Positions 27,631-45,158 of a DNA stretch of 64,000 bases are shown piece after piece; position 1 is the first letter of the stretch, and each line of letters begins with the position of its first letter. The notes under the pieces are model-generated. The model had not been told where the DNA came from. It worked only from the letters and a program-made list of their open reading frames with translations, and made no database searches. Source of the DNA: the human T2T-CHM13v2.0 reference genome, Homo sapiens; the NCBI RefSeq assembly GCF_009914755.1, contig NC_060932.1. One strand, 5' to 3'. The position numbers were made by a program, and so were the translations under genes.

Positions 27631-30600
27631 GAAAGAAACTTTTCGTAGGAAAACAGCTACAGAAGCCTTCAGTCCATGCAAAATATCAAGGCGGAGACTT
27701 TCCCTGCCCACTTATTTCCCCAACAGGGAACACAACCAATGATTCTCCATACAAGTTCCTGCACACCCAGATTTGAGAAATTACAAAATTGTTGTCATAC
27801 TCCTTTGGGATTAAGTATATCCTTCTAGGGAGATTTAAAATCATAATCTATATTTCTGCTTAAAACAAAGTTTAGAAACATTGTGTTCTCCTATTTTGGA
27901 GAACAAACTTATTATCAGGAAGGTAACATTGCAGAGGAGAGAGACAGAAGAGAATCTGATCTCTGCCTCAACTCGTAGAAGAGATTAGACCACAAAAAGC
28001 CAGGCTAGATTTGGCTAATTTTTGTGCATTGGCAGGTATTCCAGTCAATCGGATCAATAAGTCAGTTCTGGTGATTTGTCCCAATCACTCCCACATATGA
28101 GACTTGATACAAGCGGAGAACGTCGATGAGGGTGAATGTTCTCCATATTGTGAAGAGAGACCCCCTGAAGGCACAAGTGTTATCACAGGCACAGAGGACA
28201 TTGTCTCTGAAGGTTCCCCTTTCCAGACGCTGTCCTTTGCACAACGTGCTCTGTCGTGCATGGGGGAGATGGAGCCATCGTTCCAACCCTAGAGACAGGG
28301 AGACGAGGACTGGTGAGAGCCAGAAGAGCCCATCAGCCCAGCACAAGAGATCCCAGCCATTTCTGAGGCGAGGCATAGAATAGCTAGTTTCTAGAAACAC
28401 ACAAGAAAATGACACCAGCAATTCCTTTTGGAATTACTTCTGAAGCCTGGAACCACTCCAAGAGGAGGGGATGTGGGACCAAAGGCAATAGTGATGTGAA
28501 AAGGGGTGCATTTTAACAGAGCTCCTCTCATTTTAGGGAATCTGTTCAGGTCTCATTCTTGACTTAGACAAACAGGACTCCTTTTAAACCTTAATATTTT
28601 TCTGAACTGAGTTTTTTGTAAGTGCACATAGTTTGAAGTTGCACTCTTCTTTGGGAACCTGGCAAACAAGGACTTGTAATGGTCAAGGAAGCATCTGTGT
28701 ACTCTAGAAATCAGGCAGCAAGCCTGACAGCCATGACTGTAAATAAAGATTCCCAACAGCAACTCCTCTCTGACACATGGTCATTTCGGTTCTCTGAGGA
28801 ATTGGCACCAAATGCCTAAAGAAAACAGAGGATGTCCTTCAAAAACATTTCATTTTACCTCCTTGCCTGAAGAAAAAAAAGTTATGTATCAGCAGGATTG
28901 CCTAGTATCTAAGCTTCCTAATACAGAACAATTATTTCTTCATTGTGGCTTCCTATTTTGAAACAATGAGATAGCAATCTGTTTTTCACCTGTTATCACT
29001 TTCCAGCCATCCGTTAATTCTGTTTTAAAACATTCAAAATCTTTGACCAATTATAGTCTATTACAAATAGAGGATAACCACACAATTTCACTCACAGAAT
29101 ACTCTTTAACCCAAATCTTAATGATATTGTGTCAATATGTTGAGGAAGGGAAAATTGCATTAGGAGGAATTTGAACTCAATGAATTTTGAGCTCTATTTT
29201 AAATTTAAGATTCTATTAGTCTATGATAGTATTATTCTATATGCTTTGTATGTGAGTTACCTTTTCTTTTAATATCTCTGATGTAGTCTTGGTTTTGAGT
29301 CATCTACACAAAACCTAGAAAGCCTCTCTGTCTTCCCTCAGGATGAAATGTAATCAAGTTCATGCTTCTCTGCTGTGTCTCTACCATATCAGTCACACAC
29401 TGAGTACTTGTTGAAATGAACAGAAACAGAATAACCTCACCACTGGGCAGTCATGTCCTTTACATTGTCTCCTATGTCACCTTCATGTATTTGACAATAA
29501 TTCATTTATTTGACAATAATTTCATGATGATTTGTTGTGGGTTGCAATGTTCTTGGGGCTGGGGATTAAACAAGGAATAAGACACAATCGCAGAGGGTAA
29601 ACGCAGAGGAGCAGCTGTCACGTGCAGAGTCCTGAGGGTGTGCGGACCTAGCAGGCTGGGAACGAGTGGAAGGAACACTCAGCCATGCTGAGGACCAGGA
29701 CTCCTGGTGAAAGAGGTGGCATTTAAAGTCTGAAGGATGAGCGCTTGTTAGCCAGGAAAAGGTGATGGCAAGACATTCTAGCCACAGAAATTAGAAATGT
29801 TATATATTTTTAAAGCATCTGTTAAAATATGAAGACTATGATGTCAAATGACCCAGTTATACATTTGCTAGGAGGGTGACCATTTGCATCCTGTCCAGCT
29901 TAGTACATAGTAGGTGTCAGCCCCACTGCGTGACTCTGCCACTATTTGAAGATAGTTGCTACAACTCCACTGAGTATGCACAGTAGCAAAGGAGGATAAG
30001 CAACTCTATTCACTGAATTTTTTTTTTAAAGAAATGAACGTGGGGTGAGGGCAGCCCTGCACACTTCAAAACCAAATATCATCTAGTGATAATAAAATAC
30101 TGAAATTCCTCAGTGGACCTTACACTATGATGCCAGAGCCCAGAGGCTGTGATTTGTCTTGATTTTGCAGACTTTGTTTATTTATTATTCATTGACGTTT
30201 AGCTTCAGTTTAAACAAAAACTGCCCAATGTCTCCCACAGGCAATTGTGTAGCAACAACAGTCACAGCTCGGACATCATGAAGCCTGGATTTCTTGAGAA
30301 GTGTGTGTCAGAAATTGTCCTATTAAAGTGTGGAAGGAAAACCTTGGCAAGAAAGCAAGTGACCCACTTTACTCTTAAATCAATCTTCTGCGTGAATTTA
30401 TTAGTCTACTAGTAATCTGAACCCAGCAGGACTGAGAAGCAAATGGTTGAAGAATTAGGAAAGAATGCTATGCAACTGTAAATTCATATGATTTTTAATC
30501 CAATGTATATAGATAGACAATGTAAATATATCCTCATGGAATTGCAGAATTTGCTTTTAGCTCAAGCACGAATTAACAATTCAATTACTACCACACTTCA

Positions 30601-30670
30601 TGAATTTTACATTTTAATTCTTCATTTTCTCCATGCTGAGAACAGGTATGACTGTGGACAGGGTAATTCA

Positions 30671-31126
<456 letters not shown>

Positions 31127-31261
31127 TTATACGTATGGACTGTGCAGTACCCTGGGTGGGACCCAGGAATTTGAACGTCTTTCCTGAGTTACAAAGAGTT
31201 TCCGTACCATAAGCTTTGAAAATCACTAGCTTTTCAGTCTACTCTATTCTGTGTCTGATGA

Positions 31262-33879
<2,618 letters not shown>

Positions 33880-36678
33880 GAAAGCTTTGTTACTGTTTGT
33901 AATTATAAACTGCTATTATATTTTGCTTAAAATGTCTCAAATAGAAAAAGGGGAGTTATTTTAACAATCTTTCTCTAAAATTGGATTTGAAATAAATAAA
34001 AGCTACCAAACATTTGAACAAAGCACAGAGACTGGTAGCAAGATGGATGGAGTATTGAGTCCATTTTCATAGCAAAGAAATAGAGTATGTCGCAAGCAAA
34101 ATGTCAGGAAGAAGGCTCGAGAGGGAGGAAAGGCCTAATTTCTTGATTGGTCAAGGTTTCCCTGCAAACTACATTTGTGCCAGAGCAGTCAGGAGGGCAG
34201 AAAGTGGCTGAATTCCCTTTGTGAGGTCAGTTGAGTCTGAGGTTCATTAGGGACACACACAGGGAAAACCACTCACTCCATTATCACCCGCACAGTGTGG
34301 CCCACCCTTAGACCAGGGAAGGCTGCACACCTGCAGTTTATAGAATTCAACACGGGAGAGCAGGGGCCTCCGCAAGGCCAGCCTCTCAAAGCCTTTGTTT
34401 CTAGAGTTCCATGTAAATTCCACTGCACAGGTCTTTTAGGGTAAGTTATAAAACACCTTGCTGAGAGAACAAAAGGTTGTTTTGTTTGTTCGTTTCCAGT
34501 AGAGTGAACACTCAGAAACTGGCTCCTGAACGAATCCGGTTCCTTCAGAACTCCAGCATGCCCCCCTGGGTGACCTATGTTTTCTGGAAAGCGGTTCTAC
34601 AAAGCTGTGTTTTAGAGGAGGAATCTTACTGGCAGACAGGATTTGGCTTTGTTTAGCTATCCGTACTGTTTCTGCAACACTTGCTTTTGCTACTGAAAGG
34701 AGTTATGCGGTTTGCAACCTAAAACCACCACACTGATTGTCAGTGGTGACTTTCTGAGTGACTGACGCAAGGTGGACCCTCAAAGAGACCTGAGGTACTT
34801 GTTGGCCGATTTACCTTCACATCATAACGCACGCAGAGTGAACACCTCACATGCAAGTACAGCAAGGTGAGAGTCTCCGACAAGTACCTAGACCTGTGTG
34901 ATTTTGGAAATGGGTTCCCTGATTTGGAAATGTAATAAAGTTCCACTGTTTCACTTCTCCCGCAGAAACCCCATATACCAGTGGGAATGTTGCCACAATG
35001 TCTCCCATGACAGCGGACAGACCTGGAGCCGTGCATTCTTTGGGGAGGAATCGGCTCCTTCCATTGGAGCTGTAGGATCTCTCCCCTCTCACCAGGTCTC
35101 CCACACACGCACTTTTGCCCCTAGAGGGGCCTACTTGAAGCTCACGTCTTCAGTGTGCAGGTTTGTAGCAGGACAAATACTAAATATTGGTCCGGGGATT
35201 AGAACGGAATCCATTTTTAGAAAATCTATAAACCAAATATTCAACCTCAGTATTTGCTTTGTGATTACTGGTACTTATTGCTGAAAATAAAATACATTAC
35301 AAATATCCTGGGCCTGTAGGGGAATACAATATGCTTTATTCTATCCATTCTATGCAATAACATGGTCTTTGGCTAAGTCAGAGTTATTTGGGCAGTAGAT
35401 TCCAAAGCCAATTTGCAAACTTTTCTTCAGTATTAACAAATGGTCATAAAATGTCAGGTGCATCAGATTCACTTATAGGCAGGAAAAACTATTATTAGCA
35501 GTACACTTCAACGGACATATTGAAGTCTCTTGATCTCCATATGCTAAAGAAACACATTTGAATATTGATAACTGAGGTGTGTTTTTTTTGCCTCCAAGTG
35601 CAATCTCTAGGGGCAATGCTGACCGACTTAGCCCATGCATAGATATGCATATGGTATCACAGAGAGTGTGTGGAATTTGTCCAACATGGAGGTATTGGGC
35701 TTGCAGAGCATACAACACTCTGTGCTGTTTGTGACAGCATCAAACACGGGCCCGAGTCCTCTGCCACAAATCCATTTGATCAGATCTCTGCTTCACACAT
35801 CTTAGTGAATGACAGCTTTTTTAAACCAGTTTGGTTTGAAGAAAACCTCAAACCAGGGCCATCATTTGGACTGTCTTTGGGGCTTTCAGCATTCTTTTTA
35901 TCTATTCCTGTCTCAATGTAGTTCCTGAATATACCCCATTTCCACCTTCTTCCCTGGGCCTATCCTGCCTCATTGTCCTCAAGCTTTGTCTGCAGTCTTG
36001 CCTGCCGGTGTCACGTCTTTCTGTCCCTCAAACTTCAGTCCAAATCCACCGCAGGTGCGCATCTTCCACAAACCCCAAAGGAAGAGCTGCCCATTCATAC
36101 AGGAGGCAAAGATCTCCCTGACTTCAGGTTTCTCCTACAATAGGAGAGCCTATCTTCGGTGTTGCCTGTTTAAAACACCCAGACTCCTACTCTTCTACTG
36201 TGTTTTGTTTTAGATGTAGCAGGTGGCATTCTAATTTTTCGTACCTATGCACTTCCCCTATTGGACTGTGAGTTCTGAGTGCAGCACCATGCCTTGTGCA
36301 TGTGCATCAGGACTCAGCTCAAAACCTGCCCTAGAGCGGGTGTCAGAGTTATCAGATCTTTTCCACCATCTCGTGGCCCTATCAGTCCAGGCTCTTATGA
36401 CCAGGCGGCCGTCGAGAGTTCGACCCCAGCACCTGCTTGTTTCAGGCAAGTCCGACTTCCTTGGGCCGCACTCCGCATCTATGCTGTTGCCACCAGGGTT
36501 GCAGCTCTTGATTTCTGGAATGGCTTTACCCCATGCCTGCTTGCTGGAATTCCACCCAGAATCAGCACGGCTTCCCCCACATCTACTCTTCTGTCAGCCT
36601 CTAGGTTGCTCCCACTCTCACCTGGATTTCTCAAGTAATGTGCCTATATTTCCCTTTTGCCATTATTCTATTCCCAAC

Positions 36679-36957
<279 letters not shown>

Positions 36958-38735
36958 TATTCTCAACTTTTTATTAAAGCTACTTGGTATTTACCTTATT
37001 TACTCCTTAGAGTATAGATTTCATAAAAGAAGAACCAATCTTATTAACCTCTGAATGCTGCACCATAGTTCTTGAGGAACAAGAAAAATATCATTAAATA
37101 CTATTCAGAAATATGACAGAAAAACCCACCGCTGAGAAGTTTGCTAGTTATTCCCCAGCCACTGACAATGCATTTGGAAAATCTGAGAACTGGTATAGGG
37201 AGTTTTCCTGACTAACATACAGAACATATTTTACACTTAAGACGGTATGGCAAAGATGGGGGTGGGGCAGGGGAGGCAGTGCTAATCTTTCTGCTCTGCT
37301 GTGATATAAGCATTATCATAATCAGTTGTTTTATTAAATATTTTATGTGGATCTTTCCAAAATACAAGGCAATTGAAGAATATATTTAAACTTGACTATC
37401 TAAGAACTATGAATAACTACAGTCTAAAAACAGTATTTTGAATCATGTCATCTAGCTATTTTAGCCACATAAATAACCATTATATTGCATTTACAGAACA
37501 ATTCATCTCCTCATGGTTATAATAGCGCAATAAATGCAAACTTATTTCTAACAATAGCAAAACAATCTAATAAAAAATGATAATGTCCTCTATGTGGGAA
37601 ATAACTCAAGCTACCACTAATATCTTGAATACTAGAGATTGAAGAGGTAACATAGTGGAGAGAGGATGGGTTCTTATGTGCTGAAAAGTCTAAATGATGT
37701 AAATGTTTTCAAAATATGAATGTGGGATTCTGTGACAGGAAACCTAGACCACAAACTATAACCTCTTCCTAGTTTGTGTGTTCTCTGTTGGTTTAAGCAA
37801 ACTACCGCAGAGAAGATAAACAGGAGAAAATAATTAAGGGATCATGTAGATCACAAACTTCCTGGGTGGATTAGCAAGTGCCTGAGAGAGTGGATACCAG
37901 GTCAGCATTCTCAGTGCTTAATTCTGTGGCCTGGGGAGAGGTGTAGCATTACACAGTACAGTTGGTAAATTAGAGCAGGTCCTTGGCAATTTACAGAACT
38001 CTGAACTCTGGGAGATCCCAGTAATAACGCAGGAGTGATCGTGTTGATGAAGGTGGGCTAAATTTTATACTAATGTACTCGGATGCACCTGTGCATTACT
38101 TTGCTCAAAATCTATTTACAATGATATTTACATGCACACTCCAATTTCTCACAAGGTTCTTCTTAGAATCCAGACCAGGGACCTAAAACACAGCATGGAT
38201 TGAGTTCTTGAATATTAGGTGTAGAAAATCATCTTTTCTTTCCTTAAATACAGCTGTCCTATAGTTGACATTCTCAAGACTCAGTCTGTCAACGCTCATC
38301 CATTCCTGTGTTTGGCCACTCCAGCTGCAATACTCAAAAAGGATTCCAGCATATTCTCCCATGTTGGAAGTCACTGGAAACAACTAGCATGCCAGCAGTA
38401 TGAGTCATGTTGCGATGAAACTGAAGCACAATCTCAGGAAACAGTATTCTTTCTAGTAGCCCCAAAAATAAACTACAAAATATCTCAGCCACAATTCAGG
38501 GAAAAAAAATGCTTTTGTCAAAAAATCTTGCACCAGGATGGAAAACATATTGGACCTAAGGTATACAGCCCAAGGGAAGTTAATCTAAAGAACCAAAGTG
38601 GACCCTGCTTTTGCATAAAGTCTTAGTTGTCTTGTTTGGAAGATCCACCTGTTTAAAAATACACAAATGAAAGGGGATGTGGGGATTTTTTATACTGATT
38701 CCAAAAGCTCTCTTTCTCTGTACACAGTGCCTGCT

Positions 38736-39085
38736 TCATATGATTGGCTGTGTCCCCACCCAAATCTCACCTTAAATTGTAATAATCCCCACCTGTCAAG
38801 GATGGAGACAGGAAGAGATAATTGAATCATGGGGGCGGGAGTTTCTGTTCTCATGGTAGTAAATAAGTCTCACAAGATCCAATGGTCTCATAAAGGGGAG
38901 TTCCCCTGCACACGCTCTCTTGCCTGTCACCATGTAAGATGTGCCTTTGCTTCTCCTTTACCTTCCACCATGATTGTGAAGCCTCCCCAGCCAGGTGGAA
39001 CTGTGAGTGCATTAAACTCCTTTCCTTTATAAATTACCCAGGCTCAGGTATGTCTTTCTTAGCAGCGTGAGAACAGAAAAATACA
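38736..39085 (+). mobile_element. THE1-family (ERVL-MaLR) solo LTR
   Basis: TGGCTGTGTCCCCACCCAAATCTCA...CATGATTGTGAAGCCTCCCCAGCC...ATAAATTACCCAG...AATACA; 5-bp TSD CTGCT at 38731-38735 and 39086-39090. Confidence 0.94.
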
Positions 39086-39399
39086 CTGCTATTACAAACC
39101 CATGAATGGAAGTATGCACATATGATGTCTGCATCAACCCTGGGCCTTGTCTTGGCAGATATATGCAATTAATTTTATGTTTGTTTCTTTTTTCCCACCC
39201 ACATGTTCCTGATTAAGATGTACAGATGTCAGCATGGTCTTCATGCTGACTCTACCCGTCAGGGCTGGCACTGATATGGAAAACAACTTCCCACAACTAG
39301 TTTCTTCCATCTTTCACCTGATAGCATTTTAAATATTTGAAAATAGTTATGAATGACTACTTTACTTTTCTCTCTGTCAGAGTAATATCAAAAATTTTC

Positions 39400-39695
<296 letters not shown>

Positions 39696-40124
39696 ATTCC
39701 AAACAGTCCTCAAAGATCATAGGTACCAGATCCATCACCACAAATGCATAGCAATTCCTCAAGAGCCCACTTAAACTATTAAAAAACTGAAGTCATGATT
39801 CTGGATATGGGATTCCTGGGCGAACAGAGGATGGGAAGAACCTTATTAATAAGACTCAGCCTGAGCATTGCATGGCAGCACTTGTCACATATGAGCCTGC
39901 TCTTACCCAAAACTCCCAAGTTCTCTGCCTCTACACTATGAACTCAGAATTTCTTCTCCTCATATACATTGCAATTATTTTATTTCTACTCTGAGAAAAA
40001 TTTTACATTAATTTCTATTATATTATTTTGTTTGTCCTATCATGAGAATTTGAGATCCTGAATCCATCATCCAATATTATTTTCACTCTTTCAACTATGC
40101 CCTGATCGAAGATAGGAATAAAAT

Positions 40125-40234
40125 TTTTGATTCAGAAACAACATTTCTGAATAGTACTTATGAATATCCATCTCATAACAATATTAAACAAAAAAAAATG
40201 GATGCAAACTCACATGGTGTCTTGGAAACTATAT
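40125..40234 (+). repeat. Donor copy of a ~110-bp local duplication
   Basis: Shares TTCTGAATAGTACTTATGAATA, CCATCTCATAACAATA and CAAACTCACATGG with 41440-41545. Confidence 0.9.
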
Positions 40235-40583
40235 TAGTTCTATGTGAAAATACATTTCCAAAGTTACTTATGAAGAATATGCTTGGGTATCTGCTCTATA
40301 TATCATCAAGTCAATTTATGGTTTTTGATAGCTAGCTTCTTTTCCTGCTTTTCCTGTTGTGAGAACAATCACACTGGATATGAGTTTCACTCTAGGATTC
40401 TTCCTTTCCATAATATCTCACCAAGAACACTGCCAGTAACTCAGCAGTGTGATTTTTAGTCCCCTCAGCTGATTCGGATGAAATTCTCCTGGGCAGGAGA
40501 CACAACTTCATTGAGAACTCTGAAGTTCTCTTTTATAAGCTCCTTATCTTTGGGGCGTGCCAGTTTCTGATTTTAAAAACGTC

Positions 40584-40876
40584 CCGCCTATAATCCCAGC
40601 ACTTTGGGAACCTAAGGCAGGAGGATTGCTTGAGCCCAGGAGTTCGTGACCAGCCTGGGCAATTTAGGAAGACCCTGTACCTACAAAACAAATTGTAAAT
40701 AGTTAGCTGGGCATGCTGCTGTGCACTGTGGTCCAAGCTACTTAGGAGGCTGAGGTGGGAGGAGCACTTGAGTCCAGGAGGTCGAGGTAGCAGTGAGCTG
40801 TTGTTGCACCACTGCACTCCAGCCTGGGTAACACAGTGAGACCCTGTCTCAAACATAATTAAATAAATAAATAAAA
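40584..40876 (+). mobile_element. AluJ SINE, slightly 5'-truncated
   Basis: GAGGATTGCTTGAGCCCAGGAGTTCG J-type segment; (AAAT)n tail. Confidence 0.92.
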
Positions 40877-40924
40877 ACCTCCTAACCTGTGTATTCCATA
40901 ATAAAGCTTCTTCATGATGTGCTT

Positions 40925-41015
40925 ATTACACACCGTATGTGTGTAACGAAAATCTCATGTGCCCCACAAATATAAACACCTAATATGTATCCATAAAAAT
41001 TAAAATTAAAAAAGT
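40925..41015 (+). mobile_element. L1MA-type extreme 3' end fragment
   Basis: AAAATCTCATGTGCCCCACAAATATAAACACCTAATATGTATCCATAAAAATTAAAATTAAAAAA. Confidence 0.7.
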
Positions 41016-41439
41016 TTTTAAAAGCTTCTTAATGAAAAAAAAAAAACAGAACTGAATAAGCATCCATTTTCATACCAGTTTCAAGAATGAATTTGGTTCT
41101 TGTTTCAAGCATAACTGAGGCAGCTCTCTTGGGGTTCCTCACCCTTCACATCATTTCCAGTTTGTGGTGGATTTGTCCCTCCGGACACTCTCTTTAAAAA
41201 CGCATTGCATTCTCTTCAACATGTCCTGGGACAGTTGCTTTGCTTGAAAATTGAATTTCTTGCAGAAAATCTGGTATAGCTGTCTCTGTTTGTTTGGGTA
41301 ATTTCCCATTTTTTCCTGATTGGATGATTTGCTTTTTAAAGTCATAGTTTTGGGGGTTGTTTTGTTTTGTCAAGGGGTCATCATTTTTAGAGTTGAAGCC
41401 ATGATTATATAGACACAGTTTTCAGAATATATATATATA

Positions 41440-41545
41440 TTTTGATTCAGAATCACTTCTGAATAGTACTTATGAATACCCATCTCATAACAATAGTAAA
41501 CAAAAAAAAGGACCCAAACTCACATGGCGTCTTGTGAAATTATAT
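41440..41545 (+). repeat. Second copy of the ~110-bp duplication, embedded in an (AT)n tract
   Basis: Collinear with 40125-40234; (AT)n on both flanks. Confidence 0.9.
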
Positions 41546-43734
41546 ATATATATATCTCCTTACCAACTGCATCTTTAGTAACAGTCATTTCCCCACTACA
41601 AGTATCTCGTTTACCCCGGCATGGTCCAGATGAGCCTGAAGGTTACTCAAGGACATTTAACTTGGTGGAAACCCAAAGTGATTTTCAAAAGAGCCGTAAC
41701 CATGGAAACAGGGAAAGGGTTAATTCAAATAACAAGTTAAGAGATGGAAGAAAAGCAATAGCAAGACTGATAGGCGAGAGCGTGTCAGCATCCTGGCAGT
41801 ACAGGATGAAGGACACAATTAGCCAGGCAGAACTAAGGCACAAAGACCCTTGCACCTGCCCCTTGCATGCGCCTCCAGAGGGGACTAATCCAGGTTCCAG
41901 AGCTCATTTCACTTCTAGTTAACACAACACACTCCTCCTTATTGGTCTGAATTAGCATGATAGTATTCTTGGTTTTATGATGTTGGGCAAATTCTGTACT
42001 TCTCTATGCTTTCTTTCTTATCTGCAGGTCGAAGGAATAAGCACTTCCTGTACGTTCTAATCAGATAAATCTCACAAATGCCATGTGCATTTTAAATCAT
42101 CAAAAAATATCATCATTTATAATCTGCCTCCAAATATGGCACCTAGTTGATATTTGGATTATGGAGGTATCCATTTGCTACTCTACTAAATATTTGTGTA
42201 GATTTAGGATTGCAGCCTCTGTTCCCTTCATCTATCTTAGAGTCATACAATCTACTCAAGCAATATCATCTCTGTTCTCCTACCTTTTTACTCACTCATC
42301 CCTATTTTCCTCTGAGTCTCACATGCAACTTTATGGTTTCTTGTGGACATATGTTCTTGCTGAGTTTCACATGCTGTCGCCCCCCAGCAAAAGATGTCTT
42401 TGATAAAGGGATATGCTTCATTACCATGCTTCACACGTTATGAATCTCAACCCTTTCCGTTACAGTGGTAGCTGCAAAAACTATATTTATTAACTTTCAA
42501 AATGTTTGTGCTAAATGAATTACTCATGGTTTACCCATTAGTATGTACATATGTATGTGTCATTTCTAATCTTTTTCTATTTTTTCCCTTTAAATACTCT
42601 ATGTCTCTTCCAATTTTATTATTCCTTATATGCTGTATCCAATATCTACAACACAAATGTTTTATATATTATAACCTGGGCATTTTTCTTCTTCCTTATT
42701 TTCCTCTGAGCAAATGGACTCATTTCTGAGTGAATCATCTTTCAAAAGCTGCTAAGATGTATTGCATAGCACTGAGACATGTTTGGGGGCATCTCCAGGC
42801 AGCCAACTATTCAACATTTATCTCATCCTTTCTACTCCAAAACCCTAACTTTCAGACACAAGAATAACACAAGATAGATAAAGGCTTATCAGGGATCAAT
42901 AATCCCCAAGCTGACCCATCATTTAACAGTTATGTAAACTGAATGTATCACTTAATCTCCCAAAGCACCAACGAAGGCCTTTCCTGCATCCTGTATTGGT
43001 AATGACCAAAAGGATGAGATTACGGATGTTTGTAAGCAGTAGAGCAGCAATCAACTGTAAGTTGCTGTTAATTTTCATGTTTACAATTACTAATAGAGAT
43101 GTGGTACATACTGTCAGACGTGAGTGTCTCGGACCACCTAGCTCCCTCCCAGTGGAACTGGGCTCCTTCAGAGGACCAAGCTCCAGGCAGAAGAGCTTGT
43201 CCATATCAAAGCTGCCTAAAGGAGAGTGCTGTTCCATAGCCAATTTCAGAAGGATATTTAGGAATGCATGGAAACTCCTAGAAGGACTTGTGACTCTCTA
43301 CATGAAGAAGCATACATAGTCCAAGGAAATGTCATCGTCTACTGAAAACTGTAATGAGGACACCCAACGACAGACACATATGCACACACTCATATATATA
43401 ATTGTGTTCAATAATATATAATGCACTAAATATATTACATAATACACTAGACAGAGTGAGAAAGAGTGTGAGAAACCAAGCAGCATTCCTGTAAGTCCTG
43501 CAGTGATTTAAAATAAGTAGATAATGTTTCACAGACAAGTGTGAGAACCTCCTTTTGGTGGTTGGTTTTTCTCTAGGGTTACTACTGTCCTTTCATCTTG
43601 TTTCTTCAAATTCTCCCAAATGAAAAGAAGAACAGGTTTTGCTATTTGAAGTTTACTGGGCCTGGCTTAGTTCCTGAAGTGATCTTTGCCCATGCAGATT
43701 CAGAAGCTTAAAGCTCCCAGTTTCTATGGCTTTG

Positions 43735-43742
<8 letters not shown>

Positions 43743-43772
<30 letters not shown>
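43743..43772. repeat. Poly(A) 30-mer
   Basis: Uninterrupted A run. Confidence 0.95.
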
Positions 43773-43774
<2 letters not shown>

Positions 43775-44384
43775 AAGAACGCGTGGAGAAGGTTCAGAAG
43801 AACCAAAGGCAAGTAAGGTATTTTACAAATCACCAGCAGACCTACTAAGATCACTCTTTACTAATACTTGTTCTTTAAACTGCTTATTCAAGATTTTTCA
43901 TACACTTATTCAAAGAATTTTCCAATGGAAACATTTTTCAATCCATTTTTTAAATTATGCAGAATATTTTAAGTTTTTGAAAAAAGAAGACTACATTATT
44001 GTAGACATATAGCATTTTAAATAATTCACTGTACTTATGTCAATTTGGATGAATATAACTTCAATTCATTGACATAATTTTAAAATTTTTAAAAACATAA
44101 AATGTACAATATTTTTGAAATTCATTTTTGTGTGTCCTAAAACCATGATGGCATTTGAGTGCAGGTACATTCTCAGCACTCTTGCAAGATTGCCTTTATG
44201 GCACTTAAGGCAATATATGACTTTCATTCATTGCTCGGATTAAAAACAAATCCCTGTAGATACTCAAAGAAAAAATCACACTGGGAGGTGCAGCATTTCC
44301 ACCCCAGGTAGGATTTAAGGCATTATAGCAAGAAGTCATATGTGTTACACAGCTGTAATCTATTTCTAAGGTTTATCTGCATTA

Positions 44385-44756
<372 letters not shown>

Positions 44757-44855
44757 TTAAGAAGCTTAATTTTCCATCTTTATGCTCCTGAAACAAAAAC
44801 CTAAAAGCTTAACGTGGATTCCAAAACATTCTAGATTCCTCCAATTACCCATTAA

Positions 44856-45158
<303 letters not shown>

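Noticed and set aside
39228-39250. Perfect 9-bp hairpin GTCAGCATG-gtctt-CATGCTGAC
   Set aside because: A stem this short is expected occasionally by chance in 64 kb, and there is no supporting context
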